A stretch of DNA of 62,656 nt, filler included. It is 5 parts of 5 records of this genome, joined end to end, with 100 filler letters (N's around TTAATTAATTAA, not from the genome) between each part and the next. Parts side by side here need not be neighbours in the genome. Positions count along the whole stretch, not along the records: positions 34,773 to 43,791 come from SRR20825010_3778; positions 43,892 to 56,965 come from SRR20825010_3791; 3 more parts are not named here. One strand, given 5' to 3'. Under the pieces are notes generated by a model, which did no database searches, was not told where the DNA came from, and saw only the letters and a list, made by a program, of their open reading frames with translations. This document shows, in pieces, positions 40,871-51,159 of this stretch; position 1 is the first letter of the stretch; each line of letters begins with the position of its first letter. Both the position numbers and the translations under genes were made by a program.

Positions 40871-42108
40871 TGGTTTCCAAGCCTTCGTCGCGAGGCACAA
40901 ATGCGTCGATCGGATCAGATCTGGGTGACGATCCTTGGTCGTGGTGGCGAGACCGAATGCCGGTGACCAAGCATTGGGCCTACTTTGATCATGCGGCCGT
41001 GGCTCCGATCAGCCAACCCGCTGCGGAAGCTCTTCGTTCGTTCGCTGATGTTGCGGCGTCGCACGGGGACGTCCACTGGATGGATTGGTCCAACGCCGTC
41101 AATCAATTGCGAGACTTGACATCGGATTTGATTCATTGCGAAAAAGAAGAAGTCACTTTGGTTCCCAATACCACCACGGGAATCAATTTGGTTGCCGAAG
41201 GATTGGATTGGAAACCCGGTGACAACATGGTTGTTCCGGAGGGCGAGTTTCCTAGCAACCTGTACCCGTGGCTGAACCAGCAATCTCGCGGCGTCGAGAT
41301 TCGAATCGTTCCGCGTCGCGATGGGCACGTCGAAGTCGCTGACTTGATGGCTCAAGTCGATGAGCACACGCGATTGATCTCGGTCAGTTGGGTTGGTTAC
41401 GCCAGCGGCTTTCGGGTGGATCTGGATCACTTGGTGAAAGAAGCACATTCACGTGGTGTGCTCGTGTTCCTCGATGCGATCCAGGGTTTGGGCATGTACC
41501 CGCTCGACATGCGGAGTTGCGATGTCGACTTCGTTGCTGCTGATGGGCACAAGTGGTTGCTGGGCCCCGAAGGTGCCGGGGTGGCGGTGATTCGTCAACG
41601 TCATCTGAATTCGCTTCGTTGTCCGACCGTGGGATGGAAGAGTGTTGAGAACGCTCACCTGTTCTCAGGATCCAAATTTGAGTTGCGTGAGGACGCATCT
41701 CGTTTCGAGGGCGGCTCGCTGAACCAATCGGGGATGATCGCGTTTGCGGCCAGTTTGCAAATGTTTACGGCGGTGTCGCAGCGATTCGGCGCCGATGCGA
41801 TCGGAAATCGCGTTTTGGAACGTGCTCAGCGTCTTCGCTCGATGCTGACGCAGGCTGGTGCGAAGTTGCTGTTTGGGCCGTGGGATGAGACGCCTCACGC
41901 CAGTGCGATCACAACCTTCGAAGTGCCGGGGGAATCGCCCGATGATTTCCGCACTCGGGCACTCGATGCGGGCGTGGTGATCAGTTGTCGCGGTGGCGGC
42001 ATTCGGGCCAGCGTTCATGTCTATAATGACGACGCGGATTTGCAACGATTGGCCGATTTGGTTGCCTCGTCCCCCGCTGTTTCCACTTCCAATCCAGCGC
42101 GGAGCTGA
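40867..42108 (+). CDS. Class V PLP aminotransferase (cysteine desulfurase-like)
   Basis: YFDHAAVAP, NTTTG, DAIQGLG, DGHKWLLGPEG, RASVHVYN. Confidence 0.88.
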   Translation: MMVSKPSSRGTNASIGSDLGDDPWSWWRDRMPVTKHWAYFDHAAVAPISQPAAEALRSFADVAASHGDVHWMDWSNAVNQLRDLTSDLIHCEKEEVTLVPNTTTGINLVAEGLDWKPGDNMVVPEGEFPSNLYPWLNQQSRGVEIRIVPRRDGHVEVADLMAQVDEHTRLISVSWVGYASGFRVDLDHLVKEAHSRGVLVFLDAIQGLGMYPLDMRSCDVDFVAADGHKWLLGPEGAGVAVIRQRHLNSLRCPTVGWKSVENAHLFSGSKFELREDASRFEGGSLNQSGMIAFAASLQMFTAVSQRFGADAIGNRVLERAQRLRSMLTQAGAKLLFGPWDETPHASAITTFEVPGESPDDFRTRALDAGVVISCRGGGIRASVHVYNDDADLQRLADLVASSPAVSTSNPARS

Positions 42109-42114
42109 TCTGTC

Positions 42115-42654
42115 TTGTCTCTGAATTCCTCCCACGCCGACGCTGGCGGGTTGTCGCATTCCATTGCGGTGTACACCGGGTCGTTCGATCCTGTCACGCT
42201 TGGCCATTTGCACATCATCGAGCGTGCTTCAAAGCTATTCGACACGTTGGTGGTCGGGATCGGCATCAATGCCGACAAGAAGTCTTTGTTCAACCCGGAA
42301 GAGCGCATTGAATTGGTGCAAACCATTTCAAATCACCTGCCCAATGTCCGTGTTCAAACCTTCGATGGTTTGGCGGTCGATTTTGTTCGTTCACTGGGGG
42401 CCGGCGTCATGGTGCGCGGTATCCGCCCGCTTACCGACATCGCTGGTGAGTTCACCATGATGATGGCCAATCGCCAGTTGGATGCGGATATCGAAACCGT
42501 GTTCTTGATGGCCGACGAACGGTTCGCGCACGTCAGTTCATCGTTGTTGAAACAGATTGCTGCACTCAGTGAGAACGACGATCACTTGGCGAAGTTTGTG
42601 CCTCGTCCCATCATTCCATCACTGCGGGCCAAGCTGGCTGCTCCATCCGTGTGA
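42115..42654 (+). CDS. coaD: Phosphopantetheine adenylyltransferase
   Basis: AVYTGSFDPVTLGH, VRGIR, ETVFL, VSSS. Confidence 0.95.
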   Translation: MSLNSSHADAGGLSHSIAVYTGSFDPVTLGHLHIIERASKLFDTLVVGIGINADKKSLFNPEERIELVQTISNHLPNVRVQTFDGLAVDFVRSLGAGVMVRGIRPLTDIAGEFTMMMANRQLDADIETVFLMADERFAHVSSSLLKQIAALSENDDHLAKFVPRPIIPSLRAKLAAPSV

Positions 42655-42674
42655 TAGTTCCGGGGATCCAATTG

Positions 42675-43583
42675 ATGTCCGGAAAATCAACACACTCAAA
42701 GTTGTCCCCGCCAACTCGCGCCCGGCAAGTTCGCACAGCGATGTCAGAGCAGTTGCCGCCATGGGGTGTTTTGGTGTTGGAGAGTCATCATGCTCCCGAC
42801 TTTTCGATGCAATGGCGTGAGCACGCATTTGTCAAAATCGTTTACTTCCTCAGTGGCGCGGGGATGTTTCATTTGGATGAGCATGGCATTGAGTTCTCAG
42901 CGGGCGATGTATTTGTAATAGCACCGCATCAGCGGAATCGAATTTGCGATGGCGAAGGAACGCCGTCCAGTTTGTATGTCGGCTGCATCTGCGAGAACGT
43001 ACTGAAGGCGGAGCCCGTCACCGCCGAAAAGATTGCTTCGGGCAAGCTGTCGGGCGGGAGTCGGCAAACGCATTTTGTCGCTTCAACGTTGCGGCGGATG
43101 GTTTACACGCAAGACTTGTCGTCGGCCTCGTGTGGCGTCGACATGATGATTGATGCTTGGCGTTTGCTTCGAGGCGTGACCGATTTCGATTGCAATCGAA
43201 AGGAAGGCAACGATGTGGCGGATCTCGAGCCGAACGGTGTTGCCCAGACGTCTGATGTGGAGGTCGTCCAGCAATACATCGATGAGTTGCAGACATCATT
43301 CTTGGAAGCAACCACGATCGATGCCGCCGCAAACCAACTCAATTTGTCTCGCCGCACCTTCACCCATCTTTTTCGTGAATTAACGGGCACCACTTGGTTG
43401 CGGCGAGTGCGAGAACTCGGAATCGAACACGCCAAAAAACTGTTGCAAGAAACCGATTTGCCGATCGCGTCGGTTGCCTTCGAATCCGGTTTCGCTGACC
43501 TGTCGACCTTCTATCGAAGATTCACATCCATGGTCGGCCAGTCACCAGCCGCCTATCGCCAGCAGACTAATACAGATGTCTGA
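42675..43583 (+). CDS. AraC-family regulator
   Basis: Cupin N-terminus; C-terminal IASVAFESGFADLSTFYRRF..GQSPAAYR; start uncertain (42651, 42675 or 42741). Confidence 0.9.
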   Translation: MSGKSTHSKLSPPTRARQVRTAMSEQLPPWGVLVLESHHAPDFSMQWREHAFVKIVYFLSGAGMFHLDEHGIEFSAGDVFVIAPHQRNRICDGEGTPSSLYVGCICENVLKAEPVTAEKIASGKLSGGSRQTHFVASTLRRMVYTQDLSSASCGVDMMIDAWRLLRGVTDFDCNRKEGNDVADLEPNGVAQTSDVEVVQQYIDELQTSFLEATTIDAAANQLNLSRRTFTHLFRELTGTTWLRRVRELGIEHAKKLLQETDLPIASVAFESGFADLSTFYRRFTSMVGQSPAAYRQQTNTDV

Positions 43584-43742
43584 GACCGAAATTTGAGGCG
43601 GCTTCCGTCTATTGTTGGGAAGACTTCTCGCCGCATGATCGACGACGGCCACGTCCGGGGCGGCATTGTGTTGTTCTGCAACGTTCGCAGCGTTTCCACT
43701 TCGAGCTAAACAGCGAGCGAAGTTCAAGTGTTGGAAGGTAAG

Positions 43743-43791
43743 TGTGGCATAGGCTTCTGGGCTGTGTTCCGCGCAATCACAGGCTGGAAGC
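43743..43791. repeat. Imperfect inverted repeat at contig end
   Basis: GCTTCTGGGCTGTG (43753-43766) pairs imperfectly with CACAGGCTGGAAGC (43778-43791); truncated by gap. Confidence 0.55.
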
Positions 43792-43891
43792 NNNNNNNNN
43801 NNNNNNNNNNNNNNNNNNNNNNNNNNNNNNNNNNNTTAATTAATTAANNNNNNNNNNNNNNNNNNNNNNNNNNNNNNNNNNNNNNNNNNNN
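43792..43891. other. Artificial contig spacer
   Basis: N44-TTAATTAATTAA-N44. Confidence 0.98.
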
Positions 43892-43917
43892 CGACGGACT
43901 TGGAAGTCCATCGTACG
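43892..43917. repeat. REP-like hairpin at contig start
   Basis: CGACGGACTT-GG-AAGTCCATCG-TACG. Confidence 0.55.
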
Positions 43918-43940
43918 GGGGTGGGAGTCAGGTAGCTTGG

Positions 43941-45128
43941 TTATGAACGGCCGCCGCGACGGGACGCTTTGCCTCGGCCCTTTTTGACGCCACCGGGTTT
44001 GGTGGCCGGTTTCTTCCCGGCAGTTCGTTTGCGGATGATGTCCGGGTTGGTACCTCGCTCCGTCTTCTTGCGAGATTCCTTGGGAGCGTCCGCGCCGATC
44101 ACCGTTCCGGTGGAACCACCGCTGGACAGCGTTCGCTTTTTGACGGGTTTGGATGTCTTTGGGCCGGTGGCACTGGAACGCGTTTCGGTCGTGCGACTCT
44201 TCTTGACCGCTTTTCGGCCGCCCTTGAACGCGGGACGTCCGCCGGTTCCTTTGGCCGCAACGTTGCGGCTGGCACCGCCGGGGCGGCGCTTGATCGATTG
44301 CTTTGATGCGGGACGAGCCGGCGGAGCCGTTTTGGCCGCTTTCTCAGCCGCATCGATACTGCGGCGCAGTTTGTCGACTTCGTCTCGCGTTAGTTTTCGG
44401 TAAGCCCCGCGGGGGACATCGCCCAGTTTCAACGGGCCGATGGCGACACGACGAAGCTGTTGAACTTTGTGCCCGAAACGAGCGAGAATTCGGCGGATTT
44501 CGCGGTTCTTCCCTTCCTTCAGCCGAATTTCCATTTCGGTGGCTTTGGTTCGTGCCTTAATGATCTTTGCACCGTCGACCTGAACCAAACCTTCCGCGAT
44601 GTAGATGCCTTCTCGCATCTTCTTCATCGTTTCGCCACGGACTTCGCCGGCGACGACGACGCGGTAAACCTTTTGGATGCCAAACTTGGGGTGAGCGAGT
44701 TTTTGGGCCAAGTCACCATCGTTGGTCAACAGGATCAGACCTTCGCTGGAGATGTCCAGACGTCCGACGGGAAAGACGCGTTCGGTTGGTGGGACCAAGT
44801 CGATCACGCGGGGGCGACCACGAGGGTCTCGGTTGGTCGTGACGATGCCAACCGGTTTGTTGACAACGTAATAAACCAGTTTCTGAGGACGCAGGTAGTT
44901 TCCGTCGACGCGAACCTTTTGAAGGTCAGGATCGACGGTGGTTCCCAGCTCGGTGATCGTCTCGCCGTCGACATCCACCCGTCCTTCGCGGATCAGTTCC
45001 TCGCATTGACGTCGGCTGCCAAAGCCCGCGGAGGCGAGCAATTGGTTGATTCGTTTGGCCGACGATGCCTTGTCTTTCGACGAAGACTTGGCGCGTTGGG
45101 ATTTGGAGGACGAGGGTTGGCGTGGCAT
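43941..45128 (-). CDS. rRNA pseudouridine synthase (RluB/RsuA family) with long basic C-terminal tail
   Basis: S4 domain SRRQCEELI..GRV, NKPVG, FPVGRLD, EGKNREIRR, LRRVAIG. Confidence 0.92.
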   Translation of the reverse strand: MPRQPSSSKSQRAKSSSKDKASSAKRINQLLASAGFGSRRQCEELIREGRVDVDGETITELGTTVDPDLQKVRVDGNYLRPQKLVYYVVNKPVGIVTTNRDPRGRPRVIDLVPPTERVFPVGRLDISSEGLILLTNDGDLAQKLAHPKFGIQKVYRVVVAGEVRGETMKKMREGIYIAEGLVQVDGAKIIKARTKATEMEIRLKEGKNREIRRILARFGHKVQQLRRVAIGPLKLGDVPRGAYRKLTRDEVDKLRRSIDAAEKAAKTAPPARPASKQSIKRRPGGASRNVAAKGTGGRPAFKGGRKAVKKSRTTETRSSATGPKTSKPVKKRTLSSGGSTGTVIGADAPKESRKKTERGTNPDIIRKRTAGKKPATKPGGVKKGRGKASRRGGRS

Positions 45129-45151
45129 GAAAGGACGAGCAAAGAAAAAGG

Positions 45152-45225
45152 TAGGGCTGGCAGGACTTGAACCCGCGACCTAGGAATTATGAGTTCCCAG
45201 CTCTAACCAACTGAGCTACAGCCCC
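45152..45225 (-). tRNA. tRNA with CAT anticodon, probably tRNA-Ile2 (elongator Met not excluded); CCA not encoded
   Basis: GGGGCTGTAGCTCAGTTGGTTAGAGCTGGGAACTCATAATTCCTAGGTCGCGGGTTCAAGTCCTGCCAGCCCTA folds into a cloverleaf; lacks the initiator GGG/CCC anticodon-stem pairs. Confidence 0.93.
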
Positions 45226-45384
45226 GAAATGCGAGATTCGCAGGGGCAAATGATAGCTGCCCACCCGAGTTTGTGACAGTGATGAAGTTGCGAGTCGGTT
45301 GATGTAGTCCGCTCGCAGGTCGTCGCCAGGGATCGGTCCAAGCCCTTTGGCGAGGGCATTTCTCGTCGGCTGCGATCGGTTGCT

Positions 45385-46572
45385 CTACTGGGTTGCCGAA
45401 GCCATCTCCGCCGATCCCAGCTGAGGGCAAACGCGGTGCAAGATGTCCGCGAGCAGTTCGATGTCGTGATCGCGGTGAGCGGATGTGATCGAAACTCGCA
45501 AACGAGATTGTCCGGGAGCGACCGTTGGTGGGCGAATCGCAGGCACAAAGAAGCCGTTCTCTCGCATCGCTTGACTGGCTCGAACCGTTTCGGCTTCCTC
45601 ACCAATGACCAGCGGAATGATCGGGATGCCGGCCTCGATTCCGCCCGCCTCCAAATTCATGCGTCGGCGAAAGAGCCGCGAAAGATGAGCCAGCCGATCG
45701 CGGCGATCTTGCCAGAGCGACAGACGTTGGATCACCCGGTGGGCTCCCTCGGCGACGATCGGTGCCAGCGAGGTGCTGTAGATCAATGAGCGGCAGGCGT
45801 TGACCAGCGTGTCGATGACGACTTGAGGTCCGGCGACGAAGCCTCCTTGATGTCCAACCGCTTTGCTGAGCGTTCCGATTCGCACCGTGACGCGGTCGGA
45901 AACTCCCATCGCATCACACAGCCCGCCGCCTCGACGCCCGAGGACACCGGTACCATGGGCTTCGTCAACCATCATGTGAGCGCCAAATCGTTCCGCCAGA
46001 TCCGCCAATTGAGGCAAGGGCGCGATGTCGCCGTCCATGCTGAAGACCCCATCCGTCACGATCCAAGTCAAACCGGCTTTGCCGGCGCGATCGGTCAGAA
46101 CGTGTTCGACGAAGTCCAAGTCACGGTGGGGGTAGATGACGCGTTCGGCTTTCGACAATCGGCACCCATCGATCAACGACGCATGGTTGAGTTCATCGCT
46201 GAGGATCAAGTCGCCCTCGCCGGCCAAGGTGGCGATCGCACCCGAGCATGCGGCGTAGCCGGAAGGGAAGACAACCGCGGCTTCCGCCATCTCTAACTCG
46301 GCAATGCAACGAGCGAGTGCTTCATGACGCGGGGTCCAGCCACAAATCAGAGCACTGGCGGTTGCGCCGTGTGTCTCGTGCGGCGATTGCAAATCGCAAC
46401 CGCGAGTTTCGTCGGCAACGACACCGAGGTAATCATTGCCGCCGAAGTTCATCAACCGACGCCCGTCCGCTTCGACGACGTGGACCCCTTCGACCTTTCG
46501 GGCACACAGCTTTCGCGTGCGGCCTTCTTGAGCAATGGCTTCCAGTCGATCATGAAGCGGTTGAAGTGACAT
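45385..46572 (-). CDS. bioF: 8-amino-7-oxononanoate synthase
   Basis: NDYLG, FPSGYAA, NHASLIDG, FSMDGD, DEAH, TLSKA, IRPPTV, RLRVS. Confidence 0.92.
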   Translation of the reverse strand: MSLQPLHDRLEAIAQEGRTRKLCARKVEGVHVVEADGRRLMNFGGNDYLGVVADETRGCDLQSPHETHGATASALICGWTPRHEALARCIAELEMAEAAVVFPSGYAACSGAIATLAGEGDLILSDELNHASLIDGCRLSKAERVIYPHRDLDFVEHVLTDRAGKAGLTWIVTDGVFSMDGDIAPLPQLADLAERFGAHMMVDEAHGTGVLGRRGGGLCDAMGVSDRVTVRIGTLSKAVGHQGGFVAGPQVVIDTLVNACRSLIYSTSLAPIVAEGAHRVIQRLSLWQDRRDRLAHLSRLFRRRMNLEAGGIEAGIPIIPLVIGEEAETVRASQAMRENGFFVPAIRPPTVAPGQSRLRVSITSAHRDHDIELLADILHRVCPQLGSAEMASATQ

Positions 46573-46597
46573 CGGTTCAATCCCTGCTGAGAATACG

Positions 46598-48520
46598 CTA
46601 GTTCGCTAACAGATATTTGAGCAGACTTTCAACGTACTTATCGGCTCGTTTCGGAGGATTGTCACCTTTTGTGGGGACTTTCCGCAGCGCCGACTTCACG
46701 TCCCAGTCGAGCTCTTGTCGATGGTTGTCGATCAAGTTGAGTGCCGTCATCGCGACGAAGTGACCTTCGTTGTTAACGTTGGCGAATTGCAACAGCGTTT
46801 CTTTTGCATGTTCCCGTTGTGAGTCGTTGCCCGCGACAAGCAAGCCTTCGCAAGCGGCCGCGCGAACGATCGGCGACTCATCTTTCGCGGCAATGGGATC
46901 CAGCAACCTGAGGGCAGCAGCGTGTGCATCCGGCTCCAGTGTGGAAGATGGTGACAGCATCGCGAGCGTCAAACCTCGAGTGCCCCAATAGCGATCAATG
47001 CTGGATTGGCTGGTGCAAAGTTCTCGCAGATCTTGCAGCTTCTGATCCGTCAATCCGTTCCACGCCGTGGTGGTGTCCCAAGCCATGTCTACCAAATGGT
47101 TCCAATCCAAATCGCTGGACAAAGCCCACTGGCGAGGCGGCTTGTTGCCGGCCAATCGATGCATCTCGGCTTCTGGAACAACGCCCAAGTCAGTCGTGGA
47201 CTTCATCCAATTGCGCAGCTCAGATCGCATTGCGTTGAGTTTGTCCGCATGAGCCGGATCGGAAACCAAGTTGTTGACTTCATCCGGATCTGCCTTCAGA
47301 TCGAACAACTCTTCCAGCGGTTTAACTTGCCAAACTTTCGATTGGACTTCGTTTAGTTCTCCCGCATCGAACATCTTCTTCCAAATTTGAGTCGTTGGCG
47401 TTTGGAACATGTAGTCGATGTAAGCGAAATAAATCCGCTCGGGGTGGAAGTGGCGGATGTAGACGTAGCGTCCATCCGTGCAGCTGCGAACCATGTCGAC
47501 TCGTTCGTCCATGCGTCCGCGATACCCGAACAAATAATCCTTCGGTTTTCCATTGAGCTTGCCGGCAAAGGGAACGCCTTGCATCGTGGATGGCATTTTC
47601 GCACCCGCCAGGCTGATCGCGGTTGGTCCCATGTCGACAAAGCTGACCATTCGATCGCTGACACCACCGGAGTTGTAATCCGCGGGCGCGAGGTGTTTGT
47701 ACTTTTCAGGAACATGCAACAAGAACGGAACATGCAATCCCGAGTTGTATGGCCAACGTTTGCTACGCGGCATGCCACTGCCGTGGTCGCCGTAGTAGAA
47801 GACGATGGTCGAATCCGTCAGCCCGTCTTCTTCGAGTTGCTTGAGTATCTTTCCGCACATCGCGTCCATTTCGGTCAAGCGATCGTAGTACTGCGCCCAA
47901 TCGCGGCGGACGGTGTGAACGTTGGGTTGATACGCGGGCACAGGTGCTTTGTCGGGATCATGAACCAACGTGTGCTCGTTGCGAATCTTGCTCTCGTGGC
48001 TGATCGTGAAGTTGAAGACCGAGAAGAAAGGTTGGTCCTCTCGTTCGCGATGGCGGAAGTGAGCCTTGCCATCGCACTCGTGCCAGCTTTGGATCGCGGC
48101 CGTGTCGGCGAAGTTGTAGTCGGTTTTGGAATTGTTGGTGCAGAAGTATCCGGCTTCCCGAAGCACGTTTGGATAGAACTTAAAATCCTTGGGGACCCGC
48201 ACACCGCTTCGCATGTGTTCGCCACCCAGGCTGGTCGCATACATGCCGGAGATCAACGTGGTCCGCGCCGGTGCACACACGGGTGCGTTGGACCAACATT
48301 TTTCGTATCGCAACGAGCGTGTGGCGAGTTTGTCCAGGTTGGGAGTGTCGGCATATTCATCGCCGTAGCAACCCAGTTGCGGGCCGTTGTCCTCACTGGT
48401 CAGCCAAAGAATGTTTGGTGGAGGCAACGCATCGGAATCCGCGGCATCAACAGAGATCAGCAAAGCGGGCGAAAGGAAACAGCAGCCGACCCAAGCGGCA
48501 GCAATCCAAGATTTAATCAT
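46598..48520 (-). CDS. Exported formylglycine-dependent sulfatase with C-terminal HEAT-like extension
   Basis: Signal peptide; PNILWLTSED, CAPAR, YGDHG, ELFDLKADPDE. Confidence 0.92.
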   Translation of the reverse strand: MIKSWIAAAWVGCCFLSPALLISVDAADSDALPPPNILWLTSEDNGPQLGCYGDEYADTPNLDKLATRSLRYEKCWSNAPVCAPARTTLISGMYATSLGGEHMRSGVRVPKDFKFYPNVLREAGYFCTNNSKTDYNFADTAAIQSWHECDGKAHFRHREREDQPFFSVFNFTISHESKIRNEHTLVHDPDKAPVPAYQPNVHTVRRDWAQYYDRLTEMDAMCGKILKQLEEDGLTDSTIVFYYGDHGSGMPRSKRWPYNSGLHVPFLLHVPEKYKHLAPADYNSGGVSDRMVSFVDMGPTAISLAGAKMPSTMQGVPFAGKLNGKPKDYLFGYRGRMDERVDMVRSCTDGRYVYIRHFHPERIYFAYIDYMFQTPTTQIWKKMFDAGELNEVQSKVWQVKPLEELFDLKADPDEVNNLVSDPAHADKLNAMRSELRNWMKSTTDLGVVPEAEMHRLAGNKPPRQWALSSDLDWNHLVDMAWDTTTAWNGLTDQKLQDLRELCTSQSSIDRYWGTRGLTLAMLSPSSTLEPDAHAAALRLLDPIAAKDESPIVRAAACEGLLVAGNDSQREHAKETLLQFANVNNEGHFVAMTALNLIDNHRQELDWDVKSALRKVPTKGDNPPKRADKYVESLLKYLLAN

Positions 48521-48611
48521 GGTGGAGATCTTTGGTGTGAGGCGGGAGATTGTGGGGGAACAACCCGAGGCCTCACATGGTAACCGAACACGAAAGCATG
48601 CGCGCGATCGG

Positions 48612-50951
48612 CTACCGAGTCGTTGCTGGTTTTTGTTTAGGAGTTTTAGGTGTGAGGAATCGTCCCAACGGCGAGGCCAGCAATGCGGGCAGCAACAGGA
48701 CATCGCCCACCAAGGCAGCAAGTAGCAATCCGAACATCATGAACGCGAATCGCTGGGTCGGTTGGAAGTCCGACAATCCATAAACCAAAGGCGAAATGGC
48801 GCAGACGGCGGTTGTCTGCCACATGGCGGGGCCGCATTTGTGAAGTGCCGCGAGCGAGGCTTCCGTTCGTGCCTTTCCTTTGCGGGATTGGCTTTGGAAC
48901 TTGGTCAAAAAGTGAATGGTTCCGTCGACGGCGATGCCCAACGCGACGCTGGCGGTCATCACTGATCCAATGTCGAGCGGAGTTTCCAGCAAACCCATTG
49001 TTCCAAACAAAGTGATGGTCGGAAACAGGTTCGGGAACATTGCAACCAATCCGCCGGTAAAGCTTCGCAGCAACAACATCATGATGATTGCAACGATGCC
49101 GAAGGCCGCTAGGAAGCTGCGAAACAAATCCTGCAGCAGCACATCCTGGGACTCGGTCGTCATCGGAACGCCACCGGTGAATTGTGGCGAGATCCCTTCA
49201 CCGGCTGCTTCCAGGATGGGGATGACTTCCGCCTGCACACGTTGGAACTCGGTGCGGTAGTCGATCGCTTCGTCGAATGGGAATCGAAAGCTGATCCGCC
49301 AAAGTTGATTTCCCTTTTTGTCGATCGCGATGTAGCCAGCGTCTTGCAACGGCGAATCAGGATCCTCCAATTGCTTTCGGATATTGGCTTCCAAGACGGT
49401 TGATCGAATGGATCGACTTTTCTTGGACGGTGGGCTGGGCAAAAACGAGCGCGCGGAAAATACACCGCCAACCAATTCCGTGGACCGGAGATGGTCGTCG
49501 ACATCGCGAACCAATCGAAATCGATCGATGGGATCGGGCATCGAGTCAGGTGGGAACTGGACGACGACTTCGGCGTTGATGGTCGGGCCGATGTGTTCTT
49601 CAAACCATGCGTAATCCGTCCGAATGCGACTGTTCTCGGGGAACATTCGAGGGATGTTGACCGAGGTCGTCAGTTGCGGCAATCCAGACGCAGCGACGGC
49701 CGTGATGACTGTGAACAACGCGACCACGATGATCGGATACTTCATGAACCGGGCCGCGAAGGCTTCCCAGGCGTGACCGATGTTCGACCGCCATTTTTCT
49801 ACTGGCAGAGGATCGATGTCTTCTTCGTTTGCCTTTGCAAGTGCCGCGCGGTGTTTGATTCGATGGCGTTTGCCGTGCCACTGCATGGCACCAGGCAGCA
49901 GCAACAACAACAGCAACAAAGTGCCAAACACCGATCCCGCGGCGATGAACCCAAACGCACTGACCGGGACCAAACGAACCAAGCCAAGCGATCCCAGTCC
50001 GATGATGGTTGTCGTTGCCGCCAGCCAACAAGGCAAGATTCCAGCCTGCATGGCTTGGCGGGTGGCTGCGGTCGAATCGATGGTCGGATCGCTGCACATC
50101 GCATCGCGATAGTAATTGCACAGGTGAATCCCCGCACTGGCGGTCAACACAAACACCAGCGGCGGCAGCACGATTAGGATCGCGTTCATTTCGATGCCGG
50201 AATACAGCACCATGGCCAACGACATGCCTTGGCCGATCACGGCGACGATGATGATGATCGCGGTCAATACAATCGAACGCAGGCAGAACACGCAGATCAG
50301 CGCGCCGACGATGACCGATGGCAGCGTGAATCGATCGATCGAACCCTGGGCTTCCGCGTCGACCAAAGCACCATCGGTGGGCGGGCCGGCGGTGTAGATC
50401 TGATCCTCGGGAACACCGATTCGGTCAGAAACCAGTTGCCGAGCTTGGGCCAGGACTTCCTGCCGATTGAGGTTTCCGGCTTCTGAGAACGTCGCCAACA
50501 CGATCGTTTGCTCGTTGTCTTCGCCGACCAAAGATCCTTTTAGTCGAGCCCGTGTCGCTCGCTCTGAAAAACTGGTCGGTGGACTGGTCAGTACATCGAA
50601 GACACGTTGTCCCGAACTGACGCCTTCCAGGTAAGCCGGACGGTCCGAAGTGGGCTGGACCAGTGGCAGCAACGCTTGAGCGGCTTGATCGACTTCCTCG
50701 GCACCAATCTTGGCACCGTCCCATCCAATCATCAGGACATCTTGGCCCTGAAACAACTCCGAGAAGTCGTCGTATTGTTTCCGGACCGGCATGTCCTCGG
50801 GCAACCACAACGCCGGAGCGTTGTACATGGTCGACAACGCACGAGCGGAATCGCGAGCGGCCAAGGGTGCGAGAATGCACACGGCTAGCAGACCGATGCA
50901 AAATCGCACGCGATAGGTTGTCGCTTGGTCGGCCAGAGATTTCAGGGGCAT
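48612..50951 (-). CDS. MMPL/RND-family transporter
   Basis: Two transmembrane clusters; ALGIAVDGTIHFL, GDVLLLPALL. Confidence 0.88.
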   Translation of the reverse strand: MPLKSLADQATTYRVRFCIGLLAVCILAPLAARDSARALSTMYNAPALWLPEDMPVRKQYDDFSELFQGQDVLMIGWDGAKIGAEEVDQAAQALLPLVQPTSDRPAYLEGVSSGQRVFDVLTSPPTSFSERATRARLKGSLVGEDNEQTIVLATFSEAGNLNRQEVLAQARQLVSDRIGVPEDQIYTAGPPTDGALVDAEAQGSIDRFTLPSVIVGALICVFCLRSIVLTAIIIIVAVIGQGMSLAMVLYSGIEMNAILIVLPPLVFVLTASAGIHLCNYYRDAMCSDPTIDSTAATRQAMQAGILPCWLAATTTIIGLGSLGLVRLVPVSAFGFIAAGSVFGTLLLLLLLLPGAMQWHGKRHRIKHRAALAKANEEDIDPLPVEKWRSNIGHAWEAFAARFMKYPIIVVALFTVITAVAASGLPQLTTSVNIPRMFPENSRIRTDYAWFEEHIGPTINAEVVVQFPPDSMPDPIDRFRLVRDVDDHLRSTELVGGVFSARSFLPSPPSKKSRSIRSTVLEANIRKQLEDPDSPLQDAGYIAIDKKGNQLWRISFRFPFDEAIDYRTEFQRVQAEVIPILEAAGEGISPQFTGGVPMTTESQDVLLQDLFRSFLAAFGIVAIIMMLLLRSFTGGLVAMFPNLFPTITLFGTMGLLETPLDIGSVMTASVALGIAVDGTIHFLTKFQSQSRKGKARTEASLAALHKCGPAMWQTTAVCAISPLVYGLSDFQPTQRFAFMMFGLLLAALVGDVLLLPALLASPLGRFLTPKTPKQKPATTR

Positions 50952-51159
50952 GTGGTAGTGTCGGGCGGTTCGGGACGGATTGAATGCCGAGCCTACCGAA
51001 TCCAACCCTCGCTGACGACTCGTAATCGACCGCCAAGTCAGCGTCACCGATCAGATGCGACGCGACGCCTCATTTCAATCCACCTGTTCGTCAAACTTTC
51101 TCATCGTCGCGGGCCGATTGTGGATCCGCATCCGCGACGCCGAGAACATTCACAGGGGC

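Noticed and set aside
45152-45225. tRNA as an integration site for an island
   Set aside because: No integrase and no duplicated tRNA 3' end seen; flanking genes are housekeeping
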